DNA from: a bacterium
GTDB taxonomy: Bacteria; Hinthialibacterota; Hinthialibacteria; Hinthialibacterales; Hinthialibacteraceae
Direction of reading: 5' to 3'
Assembly: GCA_041946805.1 (NCBI GenBank)
Contig: JBHGBC010000013.1
Coordinates: forward strand, 1 to 64,000
DNA: 64,000 nt
The notes below the pieces were generated by a model. The model was given only the letters and a program-made list of their open reading frames with translations, was not told the origin of the DNA and did not search any database. Shown here piece after piece: positions 8,465 through 18,513 of this stretch; the stretch's first letter is position 1, and each line of letters opens with the position of its first letter. The position numbers and the translations under genes are program-made.

Positions 8465-10435
8465 ATGAACAAATCGAAACGATGGTATTACGCGGGGATC
8501 ATCCTGGGCGCGGGCCTGGCGGTGGTGCTGGTTGGATCCTGCCCGGCCTGGGCGCAGTTCTACGGCGGCGGCTACAACAACTACGGTGGCGGCGGTTATA
8601 ACAACTACGGCGGCGGCGGTTATAACAACTACGGCGGCGGCGGTTATAACAACTACGGCGGGGGATACGGCTACGGCGGTTCCGGCATGGGCTTCGGCCA
8701 ACGGAGCTTCGGAATGGGTTCCATGCGTGGCGGCCGGGGGGGCATGAGCGGCATGGGCAGCGGTATGGGCAGCGGCAGAGGCAGCGGCAGAAGCAGCCGG
8801 CGCGGGGGGAATTACGGCAATTACAACAATAATTATGGCGGCGGCATGCAATCCGGGTACGGCTCCCGGAGCCGGCGGAGCCAGAATTACGGCAATACCG
8901 GCGGTCTGGGCGGCGTGGTCCCCCAGAGCGCGCAAGGGCAGGGGAACGAACCCAAGCAGACCACGTCGTCGGGCCAGTCCGCTGACCGCAAGCGGGCCTT
9001 GGCGGGCAAAAGCAACCGCGGCGCATTGCCGGCCGGCCAGGGAGGAAGCGCGGGCGGCATCCAGGTCCAGGGATCCTCGAACGTGGAGCTCCAGCAGCCC
9101 CGGTTGCCGGGCAATCCCGCATTGCCGGCTCAGCCCGGACAGCCGCAACGGGGCAAACCCGCTCCCAAGAAGGAGGAAGTGAAAACCCGCCCTACGGCGA
9201 TGTTCTACGTGGACACCCCCAATCCTTCCCTGGTCGTCAACCAACCCTTTTCCGTGATTGTGGCCTTGTCCAACACAGGGAAGGTGGAATACGACCATCT
9301 GGCCTTTACCCTGTATTTCGATCCCGCCGATATCGAACCCATCAGCGGAGTGGATGAGGGAGGCGCGGGGAAACCCTTGACCTCGATTCCCTTGACACCT
9401 CCCGCTCCGGAAGCGGGGAAGGACGAAAAAGCCGCGGCGGCCGCTTCTCCGGACGAGGGGACGGGGAAGAGCGCGGAAAAATCCACCTCCAATGCGCCGG
9501 ACGGTGGTGAGGAGGCGGGTTCGTTCATCGCCAAAAACCAGGAGCGGTACAAGATAATCCGGAACGAGGTGGACGCGGTGAAAGGCATGATCCGCTTTGA
9601 AGCCGAGTCTGTGGGGCAGACCTCCAAGGATTCCGGTCTGATCGCGCAAATCCAATTCATGCCCCTGCGGGTAACCTCCACCAGCCTGTCATTTGTCTTT
9701 TCCGATCCCTTTGGCGGCGAAACCGAGGGCCAAGGGCAATGGACGGCCTTGACCTTGAAAGGGGCGGACCAGCTCGGCTCCCGGTTTATGGAAGCCGACG
9801 GCGTGGTGAATCTCAATCTGAACGTGTTCGAAACGCTGGAGAAAGCCCGGGAAAAACCGTCCGTTAAGGATCTAAAGGCGCAAAGCAAGAACGTCTCCGA
9901 AGATGCCGCGGCTTTCGGAACCCAGATCACCCTGGTGCCCCGGCAGGAGCAGATCGATGTCGGCGACGAAGTGGATGTGGACGTGGTGCTCGATAATCCC
10001 CACGCGGAAATGATCGATGCGGTCAGTTTGTTGATCGCCTACAATCCCCGGGTATTCGAGGCGGTCGACCTGGACGATTTTTCGCCGGGAGTTAACCTCT
10101 CCGACGAGGAATACCGTGCGAAATTTCCGTTTGATTTCCCCATGGTCAACGAGATCGAAACGGACAAGGGCGTGATCGATTACCGCAAGAAGACGGTCAA
10201 AAAACCGATCCGGGCGGATGGCGTGTTCGCCACGTTCCGGCTGCGCGCGGTGCGGCCCACCACGAAGACCACGTTCCGTGTCTTCTTGAATGAAAAGGGC
10301 GAGGAACCGACGACCGGGGCGTTCTATCACTTCCAGGACCGGTTGGGTGATCCCGCGGATCCCTTCGACGGCGTGACCACCTGCTCGCTGACGGTGCGGC
10401 CCACCACCGCCTACTTGAGCAAGTTGGTGAAATGA
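8465..10435 (+). CDS. Secreted protein with Gly/Tyr/Asn-rich N-terminus and two cohesin-like beta-sandwich domains
   Basis: Signal peptide (AWA-Q); two domains with V-x-V-x-L-x-N...L-x-F/Y-D/N-P and 'G-x-x-A-x-I/F-x-F/L' cohesin-like patterns. Confidence 0.7.
   Translation: MNKSKRWYYAGIILGAGLAVVLVGSCPAWAQFYGGGYNNYGGGGYNNYGGGGYNNYGGGGYNNYGGGYGYGGSGMGFGQRSFGMGSMRGGRGGMSGMGSGMGSGRGSGRSSRRGGNYGNYNNNYGGGMQSGYGSRSRRSQNYGNTGGLGGVVPQSAQGQGNEPKQTTSSGQSADRKRALAGKSNRGALPAGQGGSAGGIQVQGSSNVELQQPRLPGNPALPAQPGQPQRGKPAPKKEEVKTRPTAMFYVDTPNPSLVVNQPFSVIVALSNTGKVEYDHLAFTLYFDPADIEPISGVDEGGAGKPLTSIPLTPPAPEAGKDEKAAAAASPDEGTGKSAEKSTSNAPDGGEEAGSFIAKNQERYKIIRNEVDAVKGMIRFEAESVGQTSKDSGLIAQIQFMPLRVTSTSLSFVFSDPFGGETEGQGQWTALTLKGADQLGSRFMEADGVVNLNLNVFETLEKAREKPSVKDLKAQSKNVSEDAAAFGTQITLVPRQEQIDVGDEVDVDVVLDNPHAEMIDAVSLLIAYNPRVFEAVDLDDFSPGVNLSDEEYRAKFPFDFPMVNEIETDKGVIDYRKKTVKKPIRADGVFATFRLRAVRPTTKTTFRVFLNEKGEEPTTGAFYHFQDRLGDPADPFDGVTTCSLTVRPTTAYLSKLVK
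8560..8662 (+). repeat. 24-bp coding tandem repeat encoding (YGGGGYNN)x~4
   Basis: CTACGGCGGCGGCGGTTATAACAA unit repeated. Confidence 0.9.
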
Positions 10436-10499
10436 GCCGGCGCGGGCCGGAGCCCGCGGGAAGAGGGGATGAATTTGGGGGATGGAAGCAGGAATAGTC

Positions 10500-10526
10500 C
10501 GGAAGGGACGGGATTCGTCCCTTCCG
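10500..10526 (+). terminator. Stem-loop after the cohesin-like gene
   Basis: 11-bp stem CGGAAGGGACG/CGTCCCTTCCG; weak U-tail. Confidence 0.5.
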
Positions 10527-10591
10527 TTGCATGGTAAGAATTGATAGAATTCGGCGGATCATCGCGGCAGGAAGATCAAAACAGAGAAGGC

Positions 10592-12778
10592 ATGGATCTC
10601 ATGGTGAAGGTACCCGATGTAGTTATCGATATCGGACAACAACAAATCAAACTCCTCCAAATCCAAGTCGATAAAAAAGGCGGCGTGCAGGTGAAAAAAG
10701 CCGGAGTGGAACGGCTGATGGTTCCCTCCGAGGAAGAATCCGATTCGACCTACCAGCGGATTCAAGAAACCATGCCGATTCTCCTGCAGCGTCTGGGCGT
10801 CAAGGCCCGCCGGGCGGTGGTCTCTCTCCCGGGCCGTTCCGCCTTCACCCGCCGGTTGAAAGTCCCCGTCGTGCGGGGCCGCCAACTGCAACGCATCATC
10901 AAGTACGAAGCCCGCCAGCACATTCCTTTCCCCCTGGAACAAGTGAACATGGACTACCAGATCACCCAATCCAGCGGGGACGCCGAGGAACTGGAGGTGA
11001 ATCTGGTCGCGGTCCGCAGCGAAATCGCCGACGCCTACGCCAAGGCGTTGAAAAAATGCGGCCTCCGGTCCGACATCATCGAGGTCGCCCCGCTTTCCAT
11101 CTATAACGCCTACGCCGCTTCCAAACTGCGCGACACGGAGGAAGTCACCGCCGTGGTCTGTATCGGCGCCTCGAGCACGGATATGGTGATCGAGCAAAAC
11201 GGCGTGATGCAATTCATGCGCAGCGCCCCGGTTGCGGGCCAGGCGCTGACCACGCTGCTCACCAAATCGCTGGACATCACGCCGGAAAAGGCGGAAGAGC
11301 TGAAAAAGAAACCGTCCGATGCCTACGGCGAGGGCAATCCGGGCGTGGCGGCCGATCAGATCTCGGCCATTTTGGAGCGGGGATTCGACAAGATCATCAC
11401 CGAGATCCGGCGTTCCTTCGACTTTTATGTTTCCCAGCCTGACGCGCAGCCGGTGACGCGGATTTTTCTGTGCGGCGGAACGACGCGGATGGAGGGAGTG
11501 TGCGAGTTTCTGGAAGACCGCCTGGGCGTGCCCGTGCGGATTTTCGAGTCCGGGGACGTGGAGGGATTCACGGTTCCGGAGGAATACGCGGATCTGTTGC
11601 GGAACGAGGCGGTATTGGCGGGGATGGCCGTGCGGGCGGCCGGCCGGGTCTCGTGCGGATTGAGTTTCTCCCCCTCCGTGATCAAGCAGAAATTGGAATT
11701 CGAACGCCGGACGCCCATGTTCAGCGTGATGGCCCTGCTGCTGGCGGCCATGGTGGGCGGGGCGTTTTATTTTCTCGACCAGATGCTGACCACCACGGCC
11801 GAGGCAGTGGACCGGGTGCAGGAAATCGTCCAGCCGACCAAGAAGTTCGGTCCCGAGCTGGGGCGGGTGCGGGATGAACAAAAAAAGTTTCTGGAACGGT
11901 ACACCCGGATCAACGAAGTGGCCATAAAACGCGGCCGTTTGACGCGCGTGTACCTGGAAGTGCAACGCCTGGTGCCCCAGGACATTTGGCTGAAATCCAT
12001 CGATGTGGGCAGCGGCAAGATGGAAATCAACGGCCGGGCGCTGAATGACGAGCGCATCGCCACGTACATTCAGGAACTGATGCTCTCCCCCTTCTTCGAT
12101 AATGAAGTCGTGGTGCTCAAGAGCTCCAATCCGGCCAGCGACATTCCCGAAGGCAGTTCCGTGCAAATGGATTTCGTGGTTTCCATTGACCGGTATAACA
12201 ATCCGACGCCGGAAGAAATCAAGTTCGTGGACGAATTCCGGAAACTGACCAAGGAAGGCGAAGTGCTGCTGACCAAGTTCGAGCGTGCCGATCCAGCTAA
12301 TCCCAACTCCCCCAGCACTCTGGTGGTGGGGGTGTACCGGCGGGATACGGTTCAGGAAAAGGTCTCCTTGTTCAATATCATCTTTTCCTGTCTGCTGGCT
12401 TCCAACGACACGACGGTGCAGACCATCGACGTGCGGTTCCATGACCGCGAGAGCAACCTGGTGGAACACATCCAGGTGCCCGTGGATTTGATGAAGAAAT
12501 ACCGGGAGAAAACCATCGCGGAAAGCGACCTGGTGACCGGCTTCATCGCCATCACCCCTTCACCCAGTCCCGCGCCCACGCCCACGCCCACTCCGGAAAA
12601 GGAAGGCGCGGAAGATACCGGTATGATGGGCGGGTACGGCATGATGGGCGCCTATGGCATGGGGGGCGGCTACGGCAGCGGAATGGGCGGCGGCGCACAA
12701 GCGCCCGCGGGCGGCGGCGCGGCGGCCCCGGCGGCCGGCGCGGGCGGCGCCGGCGATGGGCTGGATATCGGCGGGTAA
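10592..12778 (+). CDS. pilM: Type IV pilus-like PilM-PilN fusion protein with an extra C-terminal domain and Gly/Met tail
   Basis: IDIG, EARQHIPFPLE, EIRRSFDFY and IFLCGG PilM motifs; then a TM helix, coiled coil and VPQDIWLKSI...INGRA PilN motif. Confidence 0.85.
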   Translation: MDLMVKVPDVVIDIGQQQIKLLQIQVDKKGGVQVKKAGVERLMVPSEEESDSTYQRIQETMPILLQRLGVKARRAVVSLPGRSAFTRRLKVPVVRGRQLQRIIKYEARQHIPFPLEQVNMDYQITQSSGDAEELEVNLVAVRSEIADAYAKALKKCGLRSDIIEVAPLSIYNAYAASKLRDTEEVTAVVCIGASSTDMVIEQNGVMQFMRSAPVAGQALTTLLTKSLDITPEKAEELKKKPSDAYGEGNPGVAADQISAILERGFDKIITEIRRSFDFYVSQPDAQPVTRIFLCGGTTRMEGVCEFLEDRLGVPVRIFESGDVEGFTVPEEYADLLRNEAVLAGMAVRAAGRVSCGLSFSPSVIKQKLEFERRTPMFSVMALLLAAMVGGAFYFLDQMLTTTAEAVDRVQEIVQPTKKFGPELGRVRDEQKKFLERYTRINEVAIKRGRLTRVYLEVQRLVPQDIWLKSIDVGSGKMEINGRALNDERIATYIQELMLSPFFDNEVVVLKSSNPASDIPEGSSVQMDFVVSIDRYNNPTPEEIKFVDEFRKLTKEGEVLLTKFERADPANPNSPSTLVVGVYRRDTVQEKVSLFNIIFSCLLASNDTTVQTIDVRFHDRESNLVEHIQVPVDLMKKYREKTIAESDLVTGFIAITPSPSPAPTPTPTPEKEGAEDTGMMGGYGMMGAYGMGGGYGSGMGGGAQAPAGGGAAAPAAGAGGAGDGLDIGG

Positions 12779-12844
12779 AGGGATGCCGCGGAAACCCGTT
12801 CCCGGCGGGGACGATTTATTCTACTACAGAGGCGGAGTACGAAC

Positions 12845-14404
12845 TTGGCACTCAAACTGGATAAAGATACGATCCTCGAGTTTCTCGACCGCAAGAAGGA
12901 TCCATTGTTCATCGGGGCGCTGGCTCTGATCCTGGTGGCCGGGGGTTGGTCGTTGTATCAACGCAGCGCGCTGTCCGTGGACGACCTGATCCGGGAAGTG
13001 ACGGAAGAGCCGGACCGGCAGGGCGGGAGTGCGCAAGCGGAACGGGTGTCGCCGCAGGATGTGGTGGACAAGCTGCTCGCCAAACGGGCCCCGGATATGT
13101 ACAACATCAAGCGTAATCCCTTCGGGTCCCAGGAAGAGCAGCTGCGCAAGCGGGACGAGGTCAACAACGCCTACAACCGGGGGGTGGAACTGTTCCAGGC
13201 GGGGGATTACGAGGCGGCCATCCAGCAGTTCGACAAGGTCATCACGCTGGATGTGACCGAAACCCGCATTCCCTACGCCGTGCTTCCCTCCGAATACAAG
13301 CGCCGGGCGCAAAGTGAGTTCCTGAAGCGGAATTTCGACCGGGTGCTGGCCAGCGCGAAAAGCGATCTGCAGGAAGGCGACCGGCTGGTGAGCACCACCA
13401 AGATGGCGGAGGCGGAAGCCGTGTTCCTGCGGGCAAACAAGAACCTGACCGACGCCATCACCGCCGATCCGGAAGGGACTTCGGTGGGCAAGGAGAACCT
13501 GGACACGCTCAAGCAGTTGCAGTCCCAGGCTTTCAACAAACTGATCGCGGTGCAATCCACCGTGTTGAAAAACGAATTGCAGCAGGGAATCCAACAAGGT
13601 CAGCAGCTGTTGGGCCAGAACGATCTGATCGCCCTGCTGAAATCCAACTTCAGCCTGCTCGCCTTGCAGCAGCGGCTGAACGAGGTGGATCCCAACGCGG
13701 AACTGATCAAGCCCAACGAACGCAACCAGGTGGCGGCCCTGGCGCAGCAGATACAAAAACGGCTCACCGACAGCTACGCCGAACTGGTGGTCCAGGCGGA
13801 CAAGCAATTCGCCGAGGCGTTGGTCCAGAAGGACATGAACAAGTCCAAGGAGGCGATCGCCGCCATGCGCCTGGCCTTGCAGACCAATCCCCAAGACCCC
13901 GAGCTCCAGACGAAGATCAACACGGCCGTGGTCAAGCGCGCCGAAATGGTCGTGCAACTGGCGGATGCGTTCATCGCCGAGCAGCAGGGAATCTTGAACC
14001 AAGGCCAATACGACCAGTTCGACGCCCAGGGCAAACTCCGGTTCATGGACGAACTGAACGCTCTCCGGAATGTCGGCCTGCCCTCCGATTCCAACTTGCG
14101 CACCCAGATCGTGGACCGTTTGAAACAAATTCAAAATCTGCGCAAACCGCCCTTGTTAACCCAGGAATACGACATCCAGAGCATCCAGGAATCCGGCAAG
14201 GGGATCTACAAGATCGAAGTCATGGACAAAACGGTCCGCACCGGCGCGAAAAAGCGGGTATTGACCAACATCCGGGAAGGAGCGAACCGGGGCGACCGCA
14301 CCACGGGCATCTATATCAAGAAAGTTGACACGGAGAAGGGCTCTGTTATACTCTCCAAATCTGGTTACTCGGACGTGGAAGTGAAATTAAGTCCAAGTAA
14401 TTAA
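12845..14404 (+). CDS. Membrane-anchored TPR/helical protein with small C-terminal beta domain (pilus-like system component)
   Basis: TTG start with GGAG RBS; N-terminal TM; KRNPF motif; TPR AYNRGVELFQAGDYEAAIQQFDKV. Confidence 0.75.
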   Translation: MALKLDKDTILEFLDRKKDPLFIGALALILVAGGWSLYQRSALSVDDLIREVTEEPDRQGGSAQAERVSPQDVVDKLLAKRAPDMYNIKRNPFGSQEEQLRKRDEVNNAYNRGVELFQAGDYEAAIQQFDKVITLDVTETRIPYAVLPSEYKRRAQSEFLKRNFDRVLASAKSDLQEGDRLVSTTKMAEAEAVFLRANKNLTDAITADPEGTSVGKENLDTLKQLQSQAFNKLIAVQSTVLKNELQQGIQQGQQLLGQNDLIALLKSNFSLLALQQRLNEVDPNAELIKPNERNQVAALAQQIQKRLTDSYAELVVQADKQFAEALVQKDMNKSKEAIAAMRLALQTNPQDPELQTKINTAVVKRAEMVVQLADAFIAEQQGILNQGQYDQFDAQGKLRFMDELNALRNVGLPSDSNLRTQIVDRLKQIQNLRKPPLLTQEYDIQSIQESGKGIYKIEVMDKTVRTGAKKRVLTNIREGANRGDRTTGIYIKKVDTEKGSVILSKSGYSDVEVKLSPSN

Positions 14405-14693
14405 AGTGATTATCCTGTTTGGTCCTTGTTTTCCGGTTCGATCTATGCTCTGATTTTGGTCCGTAAGGACATGCTGCGGTTGATGTTGTGCGTCTGAATT
14501 CGGTACTTTCCTTGGAGATGAGTGTATTCGTTCTACGGATGGCAGTTGGACGCCCGTAGAATCGTTGCGCCAAAGGCTGGGTATGTTTGTGTAAAAGAGG
14601 GGAATCCCGATGACGGCGAATCCTCTCGATTACCATGATGAAAAATAGGTCGTCGTTTTCCAATCCGTACATCGTAGAGTAAGGAGTGCATAG

Positions 14694-17600
14694 ATGTTAT
14701 CAATTCTTCCGTGCCGGCATCGAGTCAACCTCCGCTCCCCATTTCAGCTCCTCTGGACCATCATCCTGATTGGCGGTCTGGCGGTTGGTTCATGTTTGTC
14801 ATCCTCCGCGGGCTCATTGGAATTCGGTATGCTGAATGGATTGGTGAGCCAGGGGAAAAGCGAGGAGCCGCAATCCGTCCGCTCACAAACGAACACGCTG
14901 TATCAAATGGCCCGCAAGGAAATCCGGGCGGGGAATATCGAAAAAGGCAAGTCGCTATTGCAGCAGATTCTGTCACTGGATCCCCTGAACAAGCGGGCCA
15001 AGCAGGAATTGGACAAACTGGCGAAACAGGAAACCTCTATCGCTCCCACCGCCGCGGCCGCCGGAACCCCGCCGGTGGAAAACCTGTCAGCCAAGGAAAT
15101 GATCGACGTGGCCATCTCCTCCATGCGCGACGGAGATTATGACAACGCCAAGACGATCCTCGAGAAGGCGCTGAAGAAGTCCAACAACGAGAAGGAAAAG
15201 AAGCAAATCCAGTCCTTGTTGGGCACGATCGAAAAAGACCGGAAACGCGCGGATCAGGTCAAGCAGAGTGTTCTGGACTATAATCTCTCCACTCTCGACA
15301 GTTACCTCCAGAAAGCTTCCATCTACATGGAGAACAACCAGTTCGATCAGGCGGAAGCCGAACTGCAAAAAGCGAAAGTCATCGCCCCCGATGACAAGCG
15401 GGTCGATCAGTTTCTGGATCACATCGCCAACCTGAGAGCCAAAAGCCAACAAGCGCAGACCAAGCAGGAACAGGCGGCCCAGGCCGCTCAGGGCCGGGAA
15501 ATTCTGATGACCGCCGAGACGCTCTTCAACAAAGGCGTGGTTTTGTACAAACAAGGGCAGGTCATCCAGGCCGTGGAAAAATGGAACCAGGCCCTCGAAA
15601 TCGCCCCCGACCACCAAAAGAGCCAGACGTTCCTGAACAACACGCGCGTGGAATACGAACAGGCGGTGGCGGCCCAGAAGGCGGCGGAGCAACAAGCCGC
15701 CGAGGAGGCGGGCTACGAGGCCAAACTCGAAACGCCCATTGCGCAATATTCGACCGCCGGGGAAAATCTGGACATCAAGGACGTGCTCGACACCCTCAGC
15801 AAGTTGAGCGGCCTGAACATGGTGATGGGTGAAAACCTGGAAGGGAAAGTCAGCTTCGCTGTCAAGGACACAACCATCCGCAACGTTCTGAACCTGCTCC
15901 AGAAACAATACGGATTCATCTGGCACCGCGAAAAGGACACGATTTTCGTGGAGCGGGGCTTCAAAACCCGGATCTTCCCCCTCTCGGAAGCCCAATACAA
16001 AACCATCGAAGCCATCCTCACGGATCCCACCGTCCTGGAAGATTCCTCCAAGAATTTGAAAGCCATCCTGTACGGCCCCGGGGAGGAATTCAACGTTCCC
16101 GGCAAGCAGCTGTTTCTGAACCGGGCCACCCGTTCGCTGGTGGTGACCGACACGCAAGACAATCTCCGCGTGGTGGAGGCGTTTCTGAAGGAGATGCCGC
16201 CCATCGTGGGAACCGCCCAGCGTCCCGTGGAAACCCGGACCTACCGCCTGGACCGCGACATCTCGAAAGAGGTATACGAGATTATCAAACTGGTGCTCTT
16301 CAAGGGGCAGGGCGCGTATGACATCACCGACCTGCGCCGCCAGCTGTACCTGGAGCCGAACTCGAATGTCTTGATCGTCATCGACTACCCCGAGAACATC
16401 CAGGAAGTGGAAAAAATCCTGGCGAACCAGCAAGTGACGCAGGGGCTGGAAGCGGGCGATCTGGTGGCCAAGCAATTCCAGCTGACCGATATGGATGACG
16501 TGGAGGACACGCCGGAAGCCTTCCAGCGGCGGGAAGAACTGGTGACGGAGATTACCAACGTCATTCAGCAGATGCTGTATGGCAGGGAGGGCGTGGACGC
16601 GGCCCGGCTGCAGGGACGGATGATCGTTCCCAATCCGGCCCGCGGAACCGTGGACGTCGTGGACACGCGGGAAAATATCCGGCGTGTGGATGAATATCTG
16701 AACAGCGTGAAGGGCGAAGCGGCGCAGGACATCCTGATCGAGACGTTTCCCATCCGTCACGTGGACGTGTTCACCATCGCCGACGCCTTGGCGTATCTGT
16801 TCTTCGATTCGCAGCAATCGACCCGGTCGAATTACCTGAGCCAGAACGCCTTCCAATCCATCGGCTCCAACGAGCAGGGCGACACCGGCGCCGACGCCGG
16901 CAACCTCTTCGAGGAAACCACCCGCAACCGGTTCCAATTGTCCGGCGGCGGCGGCGGCAGCACCGACCTGCTGCAGTTCCTGGCCTTGCGTTTCTATCCC
17001 GATGTCAGCACCAACAGCATCGTGCTCTTCACGCCGGACCAGGATACCATCGGCCTGGTGAACCGGGTCATCACCACGTTTGACAAGCCCCAGCGCATGA
17101 TCGAGTTGGAAATCCGGACAGTATCCGCCTCGCTGACCGACCTGCGTTCCATCAACTTCGACTACATGTTGAACGATCCGTTCGTGGACAAGATTTCGCT
17201 CAATCCCGAGAACATGCAGACGGATTTGAGCATGTCGACCGAACAGTCGCCCGGCCTCAACCTGGGCATTCACACATTCGGCCGCTCCCGCCTGGATTTC
17301 TTGATGAGCCTGCTCGAATCGACGAAGAGCTTCAATGTCCTCTCTTCACCCAAGGTCCTGACCATCGCCAATCCGATCGATCCACCGCTGGTGTTCGTCG
17401 GGCAGCAGATTCCCTACGCGGACAGCGCGCAGTTTGACGATCAAGGCGACGATGACCCGACCAACAACCGGCTGGTCATCAACTACAACCGGACTTTCGT
17501 CGGCAATATGCTTCCGGTGATCCCCTTCATCCTGAACGACGACCACATCTACTTGGAGCTGGCGCCGCAGATCATCGAACCGGGCGAGCGGCTCCCGGTC

Positions 17601-17879
17601 GAAATCACCGGCGAAGTGGCTCAAGGAGCGGAAATCCCCAATGTTGGACCGCTGCTCTTGAACCAGCAGTACTTGCGTTCCAGCATCCGGATGAAAAACG
17701 GAACCACAGTGGTTCTGGGCGGCTTGATCACGGAGCGGGAAAACGAAACCCAGGACAAGGTGCCCATTCTTTCGAAGATTCCCTTGCTGGGCAACTTGTT
17801 CATCGACCGGAGCATCGAGAAGCAGAAGTCCTCGATCCTGTTCTTCATCACGGCGCGCATTATCGAGCCTTCACTGTAA
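14694..17879 (+). CDS. Secretin (PilQ/GspD family) with N-terminal TPR repeats
   Basis: TPRs; N0 (DIKDVLDTLSKLSGLN); several N3-like repeats; secretin core VLSSPKV...GTTVVLGGLI...KVPILSKIPLLGNLF. Confidence 0.92.
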   Translation: MLSILPCRHRVNLRSPFQLLWTIILIGGLAVGSCLSSSAGSLEFGMLNGLVSQGKSEEPQSVRSQTNTLYQMARKEIRAGNIEKGKSLLQQILSLDPLNKRAKQELDKLAKQETSIAPTAAAAGTPPVENLSAKEMIDVAISSMRDGDYDNAKTILEKALKKSNNEKEKKQIQSLLGTIEKDRKRADQVKQSVLDYNLSTLDSYLQKASIYMENNQFDQAEAELQKAKVIAPDDKRVDQFLDHIANLRAKSQQAQTKQEQAAQAAQGREILMTAETLFNKGVVLYKQGQVIQAVEKWNQALEIAPDHQKSQTFLNNTRVEYEQAVAAQKAAEQQAAEEAGYEAKLETPIAQYSTAGENLDIKDVLDTLSKLSGLNMVMGENLEGKVSFAVKDTTIRNVLNLLQKQYGFIWHREKDTIFVERGFKTRIFPLSEAQYKTIEAILTDPTVLEDSSKNLKAILYGPGEEFNVPGKQLFLNRATRSLVVTDTQDNLRVVEAFLKEMPPIVGTAQRPVETRTYRLDRDISKEVYEIIKLVLFKGQGAYDITDLRRQLYLEPNSNVLIVIDYPENIQEVEKILANQQVTQGLEAGDLVAKQFQLTDMDDVEDTPEAFQRREELVTEITNVIQQMLYGREGVDAARLQGRMIVPNPARGTVDVVDTRENIRRVDEYLNSVKGEAAQDILIETFPIRHVDVFTIADALAYLFFDSQQSTRSNYLSQNAFQSIGSNEQGDTGADAGNLFEETTRNRFQLSGGGGGSTDLLQFLALRFYPDVSTNSIVLFTPDQDTIGLVNRVITTFDKPQRMIELEIRTVSASLTDLRSINFDYMLNDPFVDKISLNPENMQTDLSMSTEQSPGLNLGIHTFGRSRLDFLMSLLESTKSFNVLSSPKVLTIANPIDPPLVFVGQQIPYADSAQFDDQGDDDPTNNRLVINYNRTFVGNMLPVIPFILNDDHIYLELAPQIIEPGERLPVEITGEVAQGAEIPNVGPLLLNQQYLRSSIRMKNGTTVVLGGLITERENETQDKVPILSKIPLLGNLFIDRSIEKQKSSILFFITARIIEPSL

Positions 17880-17897
17880 ACTCCGCGAATCACAGCG

Positions 17898-17941
17898 AAA
17901 AACCAGGCCCCGGGAGGTGATCCCCCGGGGCTTTTGGTTTT
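17898..17941. terminator. Probable intrinsic terminator after the secretin gene
   Basis: GCCCCGGG/CCCGGGGC stem flanked by A- and T-runs. Confidence 0.75.
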
Positions 17942-18513
17942 CAAGGCCGGGATTTCAGACCGGATTGCGGGTGGCCGGGATGAAGGAGCTTGGCGCCTGC
18001 GGTGGATTTCAGGGATTAGAGCCAGGAGTTGACCGCCGGGGTGATGCCCGCCAAGAGTTGTATCCCTGGCGAATTGAGGAAGCGGCTCTCTGGAGCTGTC
18101 TGAATCCGGAGGGGGCGGAATCCCCGGGGGCGATGCCCCGGGTTTTGCCAAGATTGCCCCGGTGGGGCGCGCGCAGGCATGACGCCCGCGCCACAATGAT
18201 CCTTGCCATGGCTGCCGCCTGAGAAATGAGAGAGTGGCAACGATGGATGCGGACACCCGATTCCATCCAATTGTCATCTGAATCGTGACGGCCGGGATGA
18301 CCAGGATGATCCGGATGCGGATAAATTACGTGGGATGCCGGACTATTCTGTGAAGTTGTTGATTTCGGATAAAGATCAAAACTGTACACGTGCGCGTGAA
18401 AAAAACAGCGTTCTTTTCCGCTGTTCCGCGGCCGGAAAAGAACGCCAACAATGCATTCATTGGGAATGAAACACGAAGTCGATCTTGTTCTGCTGCTTTG
18501 GGGGCTTCCTCGA

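Noticed and set aside
8560..8662. Regularly spaced repeats as a possible CRISPR array
   Set aside because: Head-to-tail in-frame coding repeat without spacers, and no cas genes
12845..12860. TTGGCAC sigma-54 -24-like element
   Set aside because: The -12 position reads GG rather than GC, and the site coincides with the start codon
10559..17273. Long antisense ORFs (10559-12469, 12824-14134, 15087-17273; likewise 38786-40579, 43646-45250, 56724-58463, 61327-62955)
   Set aside because: They are shadow frames of well-supported genes in high-GC DNA and show no recognisable motifs
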